Source of the DNA: Spirulinaceae cyanobacterium SM2_1_0
GTDB lineage: Bacteria; Cyanobacteriota; Cyanobacteriia; Cyanobacteriales; Spirulinaceae
Assembly: GCA_012031265.1 (NCBI GenBank)
Contig: JAAUTY010000004.1
Span: forward strand, 3,376-35,375
Direction: 5' to 3'
Length of the DNA stretch: 32,000 nt
This document shows, piece after piece, positions 1 through 8,327 of this stretch; positions within the stretch are counted from its first letter, which is position 1, and each line of letters begins with the position of its first letter. The notes beneath the pieces were generated by a model. It was not told where the DNA came from. It saw nothing but the letters and a program-made list of their open reading frames with translations, and did not search any database. The position numbers and the translations under genes are program-made.

Positions 1-1
1 T

Positions 2-697
2 GCCTGGATCAAGCTCTATCGCCGCGATGCCAATAGTGACAACACGCAGATTTCCTATTACTTGAAAGGGGAGCTGGTGTCGCTGCTGCTTGACTTAGCC
101 ATTCGTGCCCGCTCTGACAATCAGCGTTCGCTCAACCAAGTCCTCCAAAAAATGTGGCAGCAGTTCGGGCGCGAGGAGCGGGGCTTCACTCCGGCTGAGT
201 TGCGGGCAGTGCTCGAAGCTGTGGCTGGGTTTGATCTGAGTGCCTTCTACGCCGCCTATATCGACGGACTCGCTGAGCTGCCCTTTGACGACTTCCTTGC
301 GCCCTTTGGCTTGCGGCTGAAGGCGGCTGCGGATGACAAGACACCCTATCTGGGGGTGAAGCTGACGCAGAATGGCGATCGCGCCGACATCCAATTCGTC
401 GCATCCAATTCACCCGCCGCGCGCGCGGGGCTGGACGCGGGCGATGAGTTGCTCGCCCTAGACGGCTTGCGCGTCACCGCCACCCAGCTCAACAGCCGCC
501 TCAGCGACTACCAGCCGGGCGATCGCGTCACGCTCACGGCCTTCCACTTCGACGAACTCCTGACCACCACCGCGATCCTCGGTGAACCGCAGCCCACCCG
601 CTACCAACTTGTCCCGATGGCGAACCCGACGCCGGAGCAGCAAGCCTTGCTCGCGGGCTGGCTACAGGTAGAGGCGGCCGAGATTTTTACGCACTAG
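2..697 (+). CDS. M61-family metallopeptidase (glycyl-aminopeptidase-like), C-terminal part with PDZ domain; 5' end lies outside the window
   Basis: The frame of ORF 62..697 stays open back to nt 2 (AWIKLYRRDANSDNTQISYYLKGELV...). PDZ-like segment YLGVKL...SPAARAGLDAGDELLALDGLRV. Stop TAG at 695-697. Confidence 0.75.
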   Translation, partial: AWIKLYRRDANSDNTQISYYLKGELVSLLLDLAIRARSDNQRSLNQVLQKMWQQFGREERGFTPAELRAVLEAVAGFDLSAFYAAYIDGLAELPFDDFLAPFGLRLKAAADDKTPYLGVKLTQNGDRADIQFVASNSPAARAGLDAGDELLALDGLRVTATQLNSRLSDYQPGDRVTLTAFHFDELLTTTAILGEPQPTRYQLVPMANPTPEQQALLAGWLQVEAAEIFTH

Positions 698-699
698 CC

Positions 700-1182
700 G
701 TGCTGGCGACGCTGACGGCGGCGAGCTATGCCCAACATCGCCACTGGATGCAACGGGCGATCGCCCTGGCGGCGATCGCCGGGCAGGCCGGTGATGTCCC
801 GGTCGGTGCGGTGGTGGTCAATGCGGCGGGTGAATGTCTGACGGCGGCGGCGAATCGGAAGGAGCGCGATCGCGATCCGACCGCTCATGCAGAAATCCTC
901 GCCCTGCGAGCTGCCGCCCGCGTCTTGGGCGACTGGCACCTGGAAAGCTGCACACTCTATGTCACGCTGGAGCCTTGTGCCATGTGCGCGGGGGCGCTGC
1001 TCCAGGCACGGCTCGGCAGACTGGTCTACGGCGCGGACGAGCCGAAGACGGGCGCGATTCGCACGGTTGTCAATTTGCCGGACAGCCCCTTGTCTAATCA
1101 CCGCTTGGTGGTTCTGGGCGGGGTTTGCGCTCCCGAATGTCGGGCGCAACTGCAAACCTGGTTTGCCAGCCAGCGCCGCTGA
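700..1182 (+). CDS. tadA: tRNA-specific adenosine deaminase TadA
   Basis: Zinc-binding deaminase motifs HAEILALRAA and TLEPCAMCAGAL. The conserved HRHWMQRAIALA helix needs the GTG start at 700, 3 nt after the upstream stop. Confidence 0.9.
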   Translation: MLATLTAASYAQHRHWMQRAIALAAIAGQAGDVPVGAVVVNAAGECLTAAANRKERDRDPTAHAEILALRAAARVLGDWHLESCTLYVTLEPCAMCAGALLQARLGRLVYGADEPKTGAIRTVVNLPDSPLSNHRLVVLGGVCAPECRAQLQTWFASQRR

Positions 1183-1289
1183 GAGCTAGTCCCGCCCAGC
1201 CTCAGTAACCTAGCGGCCAGCCTGACGCGCCTACGGAATAGGCGGCACAGAGGATCGCCCAATCTGACTCTGCAACTCTGACGAGGACT

Positions 1290-1814
1290 CTACTGAGTTT
1301 TTAAATAAGCCAAGAACTCCAATAGCTCGTCGTCATGCAGTTGTTGGCGGGAGGGGCGTCGGTAGGTTTGCAGCAGATAGGTGCGGACGCGATCGCCATC
1401 CCAGCCGAGCCGCTTGAGGTGGCGTTGAGTTTCGGCATTGACGCGGACAAATTCATCAACATCGGCGATCGCGGTGGGCGGCGACGACTCCAGGGCCGGA
1501 GCCGCAGCGGACAAAGCGTCAAGCGGCGGCCGTAGCTCCTCAGCCTCAGGCACAGTCACCGCTTCCTGTTCAGCCCGCCGGTGGGGCAGGGATTTTGCAC
1601 TGGGACGCACGGTGCTCAGACTGAGGAGGGCGGCAAGGCGATCGCGAGCCTGATCCTCAGCGGCTTCAATCGTGTCCGCGCCGGCCAGTGCGGTGGCGAG
1701 TCGTTCACCATCCAAGCTCAAGACCGCCCGGACGAGAAATAGACCGTGCTCACAGCCGAGAAATTCGCTGAGCCAACTGCTACCGGGATAGCGACTCTGG
1801 AGGTGATCATACAT
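1290..1814 (-). CDS. hypothetical protein (no family recognised)
   Basis: ORF 1290..1877. I start it at ATG 1812-1814 (MYDHLQSRYPG...) because the upstream codons run into the MITE copy at 1846-1956. Composition is coding-like, with an Ala/Glu/Pro-rich linker and a helical C-terminus. Confidence 0.55.
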   Translation of the reverse strand: MYDHLQSRYPGSSWLSEFLGCEHGLFLVRAVLSLDGERLATALAGADTIEAAEDQARDRLAALLSLSTVRPSAKSLPHRRAEQEAVTVPEAEELRPPLDALSAAAPALESSPPTAIADVDEFVRVNAETQRHLKRLGWDGDRVRTYLLQTYRRPSRQQLHDDELLEFLAYLKTQ

Positions 1815-1845
1815 GGTCACAGGCAATGGCAAGCCAAGGGAATAA

Positions 1846-1956
1846 CTAGTACAGGACGGCGGAAAAGAGATGCCCATTCAAAATCCCCAGGATTCTCGGA
1901 TTGCAGGCACTCAGAACTCAAAATTTAGAACTCAAAACTCCGCGTAGCGGTACTAG
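1846..1956 (+). mobile_element. MITE-like repeat, copy 1 (111 bp, intact)
   Basis: CTAGTACAGGACGGCGG...CTCCGCGTAGCGGTACTAG. Near-identical in reverse complement to 26699-26809. Imperfect terminal inverted repeats, no coding capacity. Orientation label is arbitrary. Confidence 0.85.
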
Positions 1957-1965
1957 GCTGAAGAC

Positions 1966-1985
1966 CTGGGGTCAGCCCCAGTTTT
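1966..1985 (+). terminator. terminator-like hairpin CTGGGG-TCAG-CCCCAG followed by TTTT
   Basis: Perfect 6-bp GC-rich stem, 4-nt loop and a T4 tail, read directly. No plus-strand gene ends nearby, so its function is unclear. Confidence 0.3.
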
Positions 1986-2285
1986 AACGGATGGTGGTCG
2001 CGCAAACCTTTGCCAATCCGCCTCGAGAATCTACAATAATTGGATGTCTGCTGCCAATCCCCCTTCAGGAGCTAGCTGCTCGGGCCCTGAGCGCGCTTCG
2101 ACCGGCGTGTTGCCGCCCACAGTCGGCCATCATTGCGGCCATCATTCGCTTGGCTGTCCGGCTCGGATCAGAACTCGCGCTCTCAGTGCGGCGATTTGAT
2201 TGGGAGCAGACCCGCGTAGCGTGCGAATGGCTGCTACTCCCTTCAGCTCGCCTCGGCATCACTATTATGGACTGTACCTAAAAAA

Positions 2286-4559
2286 ATGGACTTCTCAATC
2301 GCCACAGTACTCGCCCAATTCACCGATGACAAACTGATCGCTGGGAAGGTTTTGGAAAAGCGGCTCGGCTATGAGGATGAGGACAACTCAACCCGCTTGC
2401 AAGTGGCGCTGGATGCCCTGGAAAAAATCGGGATCCTCACGAAAGATTTGGGCAAGTATCGCCGTGTGCAAGCTGACGAGATGGTGGAAGCCAAACTGCG
2501 GTGTTCGAGTAAAGGATTTTGCTTTGCGATCCAAGATCGTGAGGGTGCCGAAGACATCTACATCCGCGAGAGTCATCTGAATACAGCCTGGAATGGCGAT
2601 CGCGTCCTGATCAGTGTGGTCAAGGAAGGCAGTCGCCGCCGCTCGCCCGAGGGGGCTGTCAAAGTGATCTTAGACCGCGCCAACCCTTCCTTGCTAGCGC
2701 GGGTCACTCAGAGTGCCGAGGGCAACTACCGGGCCGTGCCGCTGGATGATCGCCTGCTGTTTGAGATCGATCTCCAGCAGCCGGCCGCCGAGCTGGCGGC
2801 GGCACTCGACCACTTGGTTCATGTCGAGATTGTGCGTTACCCGCTGGGTCAAAATCCGCCCATCGGTCGGGTGACCAAGGTGCTCGGCAGCGATGCAGAA
2901 GCTGCTGCCGACACCGATATCGTCTGCTGCAAGCATGATTTACCGCAGGCGTTTAGCGACGAAGCCCGCGCCGCTGCCGCAGCCCTTGCTGCCGACGCTA
3001 CTGCTCCCCTTGATGCGGCGGTCATGGAAAATCGTCGCGATTTGCGCGATGTGCTCACGGTGACTTTGGAGGACGCCACCCTCGCCGCTCAGTCGCTGCA
3101 TGCGATCGAAACCGCCTTCAGTCTTGAGAAGACCGACGAGGAGCAATGGCTGCTGGCAATCCATATTGCCGATTTTGCCCACTACATTGCCGCTGACTCG
3201 CCGCTGGATCGCGAAGCCCGACGGCGCAGCACGGCTGTCTATTTGGGTGACCTCACCTTGCCCCTCTTCCCGACGTCTGTTGTCCAGGCCTGCTCACTGC
3301 AACTGAACCGCGATCGCCTCGCGGTCAGCATCATGATCACGCTGGATGGCAAGGGTTGTGTCGAGAGTTTTGAAATCTGTGAGAGCGTTGTGGGCGTGGA
3401 TGCCCAACTGACCTATCAGCAGGTGCAGGCGTTGCTCGGCGGTCAGGCGGAGGTTCCGGGCGAGCTAGAAGAATCGTTGGCGATGCTGGAACAGCTCTTT
3501 TTCACCCTCGCTCCCTTGGTCAAGGCGCAGCGCCTGCAACGCGGTGGCTTTGAGTTGGTGCTGACAGATTTGAGCTTTGCATTCAAGGATGAAGGGTGGC
3601 TGGGGGCGATCGCCAAGTCCCTAACGCTGCCGCTGCCGTCGTTGCTCAGCGAACTCACCACGCTGGCGGGGAAAGCGGTCGCCGATCATTGCCGCAACTT
3701 GGGTCTGCCCGCCTTCTACTGTATCCAGACTGAGCCGGATCCCATGGAGCTGGAGGATTTCCTGAAGCTGAGCAATAACCTCAAGCTCGATCTCAGCATC
3801 GCGGCCGACGAGGAGGTGCGCCCCCAGGATTATCAGAACTTTACCCAGGCGATCGCCAACTCCACCGCACCAAAAGTGCTGATGGCGTTTCTGCGCTCGA
3901 CCCTGAAGTCGCCGCTCTACAGCACCAAACCGGGAGCACACTTCGGACTCGCCTATGGCGATGGCTATTGCCAGGTCACCTCGCCGGGCCAGCGCTATGC
4001 GGATCTCGCGATGCAGCGCTTGTTGCATGACCTGTTCGAGAAAGGACGCGATCGCCGCACGACCCGCTCGAAGCAGAGCGTGAAACTGGGCAGTAGTGAA
4101 TGCCACCGCGATGTCAACTGGAATGTGCTGCCCGCGCCCGTGCAAACGCAATGGGAGAGTGACCTAGCCGTGCTGATTCATCCCCTGAACGAGCAGATCA
4201 AAACCGCCCAGGACGCAGAGGCGGATCTCGAAGGGCTGAAAAAAGCCGAGCACATGAAGGAGCGGACGGGCGAAAACTTCCAGGGCCTGATCGTCGGCGT
4301 GCAGTCCTACGGTTTCTTCGTAGAGATCGAGGAGTTGCTGGTCGAAGGCCTGGTTCACGTTAGCTCACTCAAGGACGATTGGTACGAGTACCGCGCTCGC
4401 CACAGTTGTCTGGTGGGGCGAAAGAATCGCACCGCCTATCGTCTGGGCGATCGCGTCGAAGTCCAAGTCAAGAGTGTGGACTACTACCGCCAGCAGATCG
4501 ATTTGGTCACCGTCGGCGGTGGCAGCGAAGCCAGCAACGAGGAGTTTGAAGATGAATAA
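2286..4559 (+). CDS. RNase II/R (RNB) family protein with C-terminal S1 domain; catalytic motifs degenerate
   Basis: RNB motifs LLAIHIADFAHYI, LDREARRRSTAVYL..LPLFP, ACSLQLNRDRLAVS and HFGLA...VTSPGQRYADL. S1 domain GLIVGVQSYGFFVEIEELLVEGLVHVSSL...GDRVEVQVKSVD. ATG preceded by an A-rich leader. Confidence 0.85.
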   Translation: MDFSIATVLAQFTDDKLIAGKVLEKRLGYEDEDNSTRLQVALDALEKIGILTKDLGKYRRVQADEMVEAKLRCSSKGFCFAIQDREGAEDIYIRESHLNTAWNGDRVLISVVKEGSRRRSPEGAVKVILDRANPSLLARVTQSAEGNYRAVPLDDRLLFEIDLQQPAAELAAALDHLVHVEIVRYPLGQNPPIGRVTKVLGSDAEAAADTDIVCCKHDLPQAFSDEARAAAAALAADATAPLDAAVMENRRDLRDVLTVTLEDATLAAQSLHAIETAFSLEKTDEEQWLLAIHIADFAHYIAADSPLDREARRRSTAVYLGDLTLPLFPTSVVQACSLQLNRDRLAVSIMITLDGKGCVESFEICESVVGVDAQLTYQQVQALLGGQAEVPGELEESLAMLEQLFFTLAPLVKAQRLQRGGFELVLTDLSFAFKDEGWLGAIAKSLTLPLPSLLSELTTLAGKAVADHCRNLGLPAFYCIQTEPDPMELEDFLKLSNNLKLDLSIAADEEVRPQDYQNFTQAIANSTAPKVLMAFLRSTLKSPLYSTKPGAHFGLAYGDGYCQVTSPGQRYADLAMQRLLHDLFEKGRDRRTTRSKQSVKLGSSECHRDVNWNVLPAPVQTQWESDLAVLIHPLNEQIKTAQDAEADLEGLKKAEHMKERTGENFQGLIVGVQSYGFFVEIEELLVEGLVHVSSLKDDWYEYRARHSCLVGRKNRTAYRLGDRVEVQVKSVDYYRQQIDLVTVGGGSEASNEEFEDE

Positions 4560-4579
4560 GCCGATTGCTGGCGGCGGAG

Positions 4580-4688
4580 CGAGTGTCGCTACGGAGTTTT
4601 GAGTTCTGAATTGTGAGTTCTGAGTGCCTGTAATCCACGAATCCTGTGGATTTTGAAGGGGACGCGCATTGTCGCCGTCTTGTATTCG
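4580..4688 (-). mobile_element. MITE-like repeat, copy 2 (decayed)
   Basis: Aligns over its whole length with 26699-26809 (GGAGTTTTGAGTTCTGAATTGTGAGTTCTGAGTGCCTGTAATCC...). The termini are mutated (CGAGTGTCGCTAC and TTGTATTCG instead of CTAGTACCGCTAC and CTGTACTAG). Confidence 0.75.
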
Positions 4689-5125
4689 GCGAACTGCTTG
4701 ACGTAGAGGCGATCGCAGCGCGGCGTCTCACCGCCGGTCACGACTTGAGCACCACAGCGCCAGGGCGGATCACAGGTTGCCGCCCGGTAACCCGCGCGCT
4801 CATAGAAGTGAATCGCGGTTTGCAACACCGTCGCTGTTTCAATCCAGATCGTCTGGTAGCCACGGGCGGCGATCGCCGCCACCAACGGTTGCAGCCGAAA
4901 TTTGCCCAGACCTTGACCGCGCGCGGCCGGTAACCGGTACATTTTGCGAATCTCAACGGCGCGATCGCCACGGGTCACTGGATAGTAGTCAGCGGTGCCG
5001 ACTAGCTCGCCCGCCTGCGCGACCCCCCAGAACTCGCCCCCCGCCTGTTGATAATGGGTCTCGACTGCGACCGCATCGTGATCCGTCTGCGTCGATTCCC
5101 AGGTCAATCCATACTCGGCTAGCAC
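4589..5125 (-). CDS. GNAT-family N-acetyltransferase, possibly disrupted
   Basis: Acetyl-CoA motif RGQGLG within LPAARGQGLGKFRLQPLVAAIAARGY, then HFYERAGY. The GTG start at 5125 sits 15 codons below an in-frame TGA at 5168-5170. The last ~33 codons lie inside MITE copy 2. Confidence 0.65.
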   Translation of the reverse strand: MLAEYGLTWESTQTDHDAVAVETHYQQAGGEFWGVAQAGELVGTADYYPVTRGDRAVEIRKMYRLPAARGQGLGKFRLQPLVAAIAARGYQTIWIETATVLQTAIHFYERAGYRAATCDPPWRCGAQVVTGGETPRCDRLYVKQFAEYKTATMRVPFKIHRIRGLQALRTHNSELKTP

Positions 5126-5239
5126 TTGACCGATCAGGATGGCGACGGCCGCGCGATCGCCCGGTTGTCAATCCCGGCGGCAAAAATCTCGATAGGAGGC
5201 CAGCATCGGCATCGGCGTTAAAAAAGTCGGGATTTTGCC

Positions 5240-6052
5240 CTAACCTTGACCAAGCTGGCGCGATCGCTCGCTGGCCGCCTTGACCGCCTCAATGGCGGCA
5301 CTGCGGAAGCCGTGCTGTTCGAGGGCCGCTACGCCCGCGATCGTCGTGCCGCCGGGACTGGTGACGCGATCCTTGAGTTCCGCCGGGTGCCAGCCCGTGT
5401 CTTGGAGTAGCTGGGCGGTGCCGCTGACCGTCTGCAGGGCGAGTTGCAGGGCGATCGCCCGGGGCAGACCAGCGGCAACACCGCCATCAGCCAGCGCCTC
5501 GATCAGCAGGGCAATATAGGCAGGTCCAGACCCCGACAAGCCGGTGACGGCATCCAGCAACGACTCAGGGACAGTCACCACCTCACCAACAGCGGCAAAG
5601 ATCGCCTCGGCGCGCTCACGTTGCAACTCGGAGACTTCAGCACTGGGAGCGATCGCGGTCATGCCAGCTCCCACGGTTGCCGGTGTATTGGGCATCGCGC
5701 GCACCACCGGCCGTCCCGGAAACACGGCTTGCAGCTTCGCCAAGGGCACACCCGCCAGGATCGACAGCAACAGAGTTGACCCCTCATGTTTCAGTCCCGC
5801 CGCAACTTGCACGAGGGCTTGCGGCTTGACGGCGAGGAGAATCGCCTCACTCGCTGCCAGCGCGTTTTGATTGTCAGCGCTGACCTGTACGCCGTAGGTC
5901 GCCTGCAAAAACTGGCGTCGCGGCAAACTCGGATCGCAGACTAGAACGGCGTTCGCCGGGTAAAGCTGGCGCGCCAACAAGCGGGAGAGCAGGGCTTCGC
6001 CCATGACACCGCCCCCGATCACGCTCAACTGAATGATGACTTGCACAGTCAT
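5240..6052 (-). CDS. proC: pyrroline-5-carboxylate reductase
   Basis: NAD(P)-binding IGGGVMGEAL, RAMPNTPATVGAGMTAI, and C-terminal VTSPGGTTIAGVAALE. Confidence 0.92.
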   Translation of the reverse strand: MTVQVIIQLSVIGGGVMGEALLSRLLARQLYPANAVLVCDPSLPRRQFLQATYGVQVSADNQNALAASEAILLAVKPQALVQVAAGLKHEGSTLLLSILAGVPLAKLQAVFPGRPVVRAMPNTPATVGAGMTAIAPSAEVSELQRERAEAIFAAVGEVVTVPESLLDAVTGLSGSGPAYIALLIEALADGGVAAGLPRAIALQLALQTVSGTAQLLQDTGWHPAELKDRVTSPGGTTIAGVAALEQHGFRSAAIEAVKAASERSRQLGQG

Positions 6053-6221
6053 GGGGTGGGTTAGGTCTCAGGAAAATTCAAGGGTTAACGGTCTCAATTC
6101 TTAATCGCTAGCGGAGACGCGATGGGCATCGGCGTGTCTGAAAACCCTGGGAAACAGCACAAAGTGCGGCAGAGGGCGATCACACCCACCTCCCGCACCA
6201 CATCAAAGCTTGGCTGTCTGC

Positions 6222-6812
6222 CTACTGCGCCAGACGATTGGGGTCTAGCGTCCAAGTCGGGCTGGGGGCAGTGGCGCTAGCTCGCACCGCTGCCAACTGG
6301 TTCGCTGCCAGATCCTGGAGTGCCCCAGCTTGGGTGCTGACCTGCACACAGCTCGGGGTAAAGAGGAAGATGCTCTCGCCAATCCGCTCTTGGTGCCCAT
6401 CAATCGCGTAAGTTCCCCCCGCCACGAAGTCCACCGCACGCTGGGCTTCATCGGGGTCGATCACGGTCAAGTTCAGCACCACTGACTTACGCTCGCGCAA
6501 AGCCTGAATCACCTGGGGCATTTCTTCAAACGAGCGCGGCTCAATCACCACGACCTCAGAAATCCCATTCGTCGTTCCGGGCATACCAATCACGTTACTC
6601 CTCGCTGTTGTCGAACCCATATTGGCCTCGGGTGCCGTGGCTGGCGGGCGCTCACGCGGGCGGCGCTGGCGCTCATCCTCGACGGCGGCGGCTGGATTTT
6701 CCTGTTGATAGAGATTTTGGTAGTCGTTACCGTCCATGTCCTCTTCGTAATACTCGTAGTCGGATTCGTTGAGGCCGACAAAATCTCTAAGCTTGGTAAA
6801 GATCGTATTCAC
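6222..6812 (-). CDS. sepF: cell division protein SepF
   Basis: DUF552 core [67 protein letters not shown]. Acidic N-terminus and Pro/Arg-rich linker. Conserved position between yggS and proC. Confidence 0.9.
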   Translation of the reverse strand: MNTIFTKLRDFVGLNESDYEYYEEDMDGNDYQNLYQQENPAAAVEDERQRRPRERPPATAPEANMGSTTARSNVIGMPGTTNGISEVVVIEPRSFEEMPQVIQALRERKSVVLNLTVIDPDEAQRAVDFVAGGTYAIDGHQERIGESIFLFTPSCVQVSTQAGALQDLAANQLAAVRASATAPSPTWTLDPNRLAQ

Positions 6813-7119
6813 CGCTGACTCTCCCTCACAATGTCTTCTCGGATATTAGATAAATTACTGGCAAACTCCACTGACGCGGCTAGTCGCGCTACGGCGCTGC
6901 ATCAAGAGAAAAGTGATACATAGCCCACGATTCTAGCATTTCGGCGATCACGATTACAGGCAACTACGTGGGTCAATGCCAATTCCCGACTGCGGCAGCG
7001 GATTGCCTGAGCAGTTTTTCTGGGGTCAGGACGGTACGCAACTCCCAGGGGAGTGATGTCGCTACCATCATAATGCCAAGCCTCAGTTGACGCTAGCCCT
7101 AGGGGCGGAATTTGCTGCC

Positions 7120-7803
7120 TCAGCCGCCGGTGCGGGGCGATCGCGGCCCGAAAATCGCTTGTCCCAGCCGCACCATCGTCGCCCCCGCCTGGATCGCTAA
7201 CGGGTAGTCTCCAGACATCCCCATTGACAGCTCCGGGAGGGCGTCGGGTTGTGCCAGTTCCTGCCGCAGTGTGGCGCGGAGCTGGTGTAGATCCTGAAAT
7301 GCGGCCAATGTTTCAGCAGCCGACAAGCCCAGGGGCAGGATCGTCATCAGGCCTGCTAAATCGATTTGTGTATAGGTTGTCAGGGCTGGGAGCGCTGTCA
7401 TCAGCTCGGCGGGCGACCAACCATATTTATCGGGGTCAGGTCTGACCTTGACTTGCAAGCACACTTGGGGTCGGTGTGTTGACTCGCCCGCCAGGCGGTT
7501 GAGGCGTTCGAGCAGCTCGAGGCGATCGCCCGTGTGCAACCAGTGGAATTGGGCGATCGCTTTCTTCGCCTTGTTCGACTGCAAGTGACCGATGAAATGC
7601 CAGCAGATGTCAGCCAGATCGACCAGCGCCGCCTGTTTCGGCAGAGCTTCCTGGATGCGGCTCTCGGCAAAGTCGCGGAGTCCCGCTGCATAAGCAGCCC
7701 GAACCTCTGCCACCGAGCGCGTCTTAGTGACGGCAATCAGGCGCACCTGCGGCGGCAGTTCGGCGCGCAGGCTCACAATCTTGGTAACAATCGCAGATGT
7801 CAC
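7120..7803 (-). CDS. yggS: YggS/PipY-family pyridoxal-phosphate homeostasis protein
   Basis: LIAVTKTRSV (PLP lysine), WHFIGHLQSNKAKKA, LSMGMSGDYPLAIQAGATMVRLGQAIFG. GTG start at 7801-7803. Confidence 0.9.
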   Translation of the reverse strand: MTSAIVTKIVSLRAELPPQVRLIAVTKTRSVAEVRAAYAAGLRDFAESRIQEALPKQAALVDLADICWHFIGHLQSNKAKKAIAQFHWLHTGDRLELLERLNRLAGESTHRPQVCLQVKVRPDPDKYGWSPAELMTALPALTTYTQIDLAGLMTILPLGLSAAETLAAFQDLHQLRATLRQELAQPDALPELSMGMSGDYPLAIQAGATMVRLGQAIFGPRSPRTGG

Positions 7804-8293
7804 AATCTCATACTAAATCCTGTTCTCGGAACCCAAGAATTGTACCCCCCATCCCCAGCCCTGCTCCCCAGCCGGGAGAAAGAAGCCGGAAGCCCTCTCC
7901 CGCTCTGGGTTATCCATTACCCAAAAGTCGAGAAAAGCAAAGTCTGGTCTAGCTTTCAGAGGAGGCTGGTCGCCATAATAGAACCCAGCCGCCCTAAGAG
8001 GATGTTGATCCCAAAGAGCAGGATGGGATGGAATACAGGGAGCAGAGAAGCATAGCGAAGCTCAGGAGAGAAACATACCACGGTAGATTGGGTCAGCCAA
8101 GCAATCAAGCCGGCACATTTCAAAGATCTGTACCACGCCCAGCCAAGAGTAGGTACATTCAAACCATCCGAAAACATCAGTGCCTCACTAACATCTTCAT
8201 CGCTTCACGCCATTAGACTGGCACAGCCAAATACTCTTAGCTCAGTCGATGCGATTGAACTGAGCCATTGAGCAATTAGGAGCGTGATGCTGC

Positions 8294-8327
8294 AACATTT
8301 GTTCGTAATTAACATTTGTTCGTAATT
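8294..8327. repeat. perfect tandem duplication of the 17-mer AACATTTGTTCGTAATT
   Basis: Copies at 8294-8310 and 8311-8327, read directly. Lies in the AT-richer non-coding patch. Confidence 0.9.

Noticed and set aside
1815-1877. N-terminal extension of ORF 1290-1877 (MGISFPPSCTSYSLGLPLPVT)
   Set aside because: These codons are read out of the terminal part of MITE copy 1, which begins at 1846. The internal ATG at 1814 is the plausible start.
1991-2281. 96-aa ORF upstream of the RNB-family gene
   Set aside because: The product is Ala/Arg/Leu-rich with no start context. It most likely lies in the 5' leader or promoter region of the downstream gene.
3621-4151. 176-aa minus-strand ORF
   Set aside because: It is antisense to the RNB-family gene, with no motifs. 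This is a GC-driven open frame. The same applies to 4777-5283 (+), 9140-9520 (-), 13499-13897 (-) and 14075-14458 (-).
7956-8177. Possible decayed pipX: the 73-aa ORF upstream of pipY begins MFSDGLNVPTLGWAWYR, reminiscent of the PipX N-terminus (..YLNHPTFGLLY..)
   Set aside because: Only about 6 identities fall in an 11-residue stretch. The remainder is hydrophobic (LLPVFHPILLFGINILLGRLG), unlike the Tudor-like and helical PipX fold. Alternative frames add nothing, and the ORF ends 150 bp from pipY rather than abutting it. I treat it as coincidence unless an HMM search says otherwise.
8240-8265. tRNA-like D-arm string TAGCTCAGT and hairpin GCTCAGT...ACTGAGC
   Set aside because: There is no acceptor stem, anticodon arm or T-arm (GGTTCGAATCC-type) nearby. 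I found no T-arm consensus on either strand anywhere in the window, so I call no tRNA.
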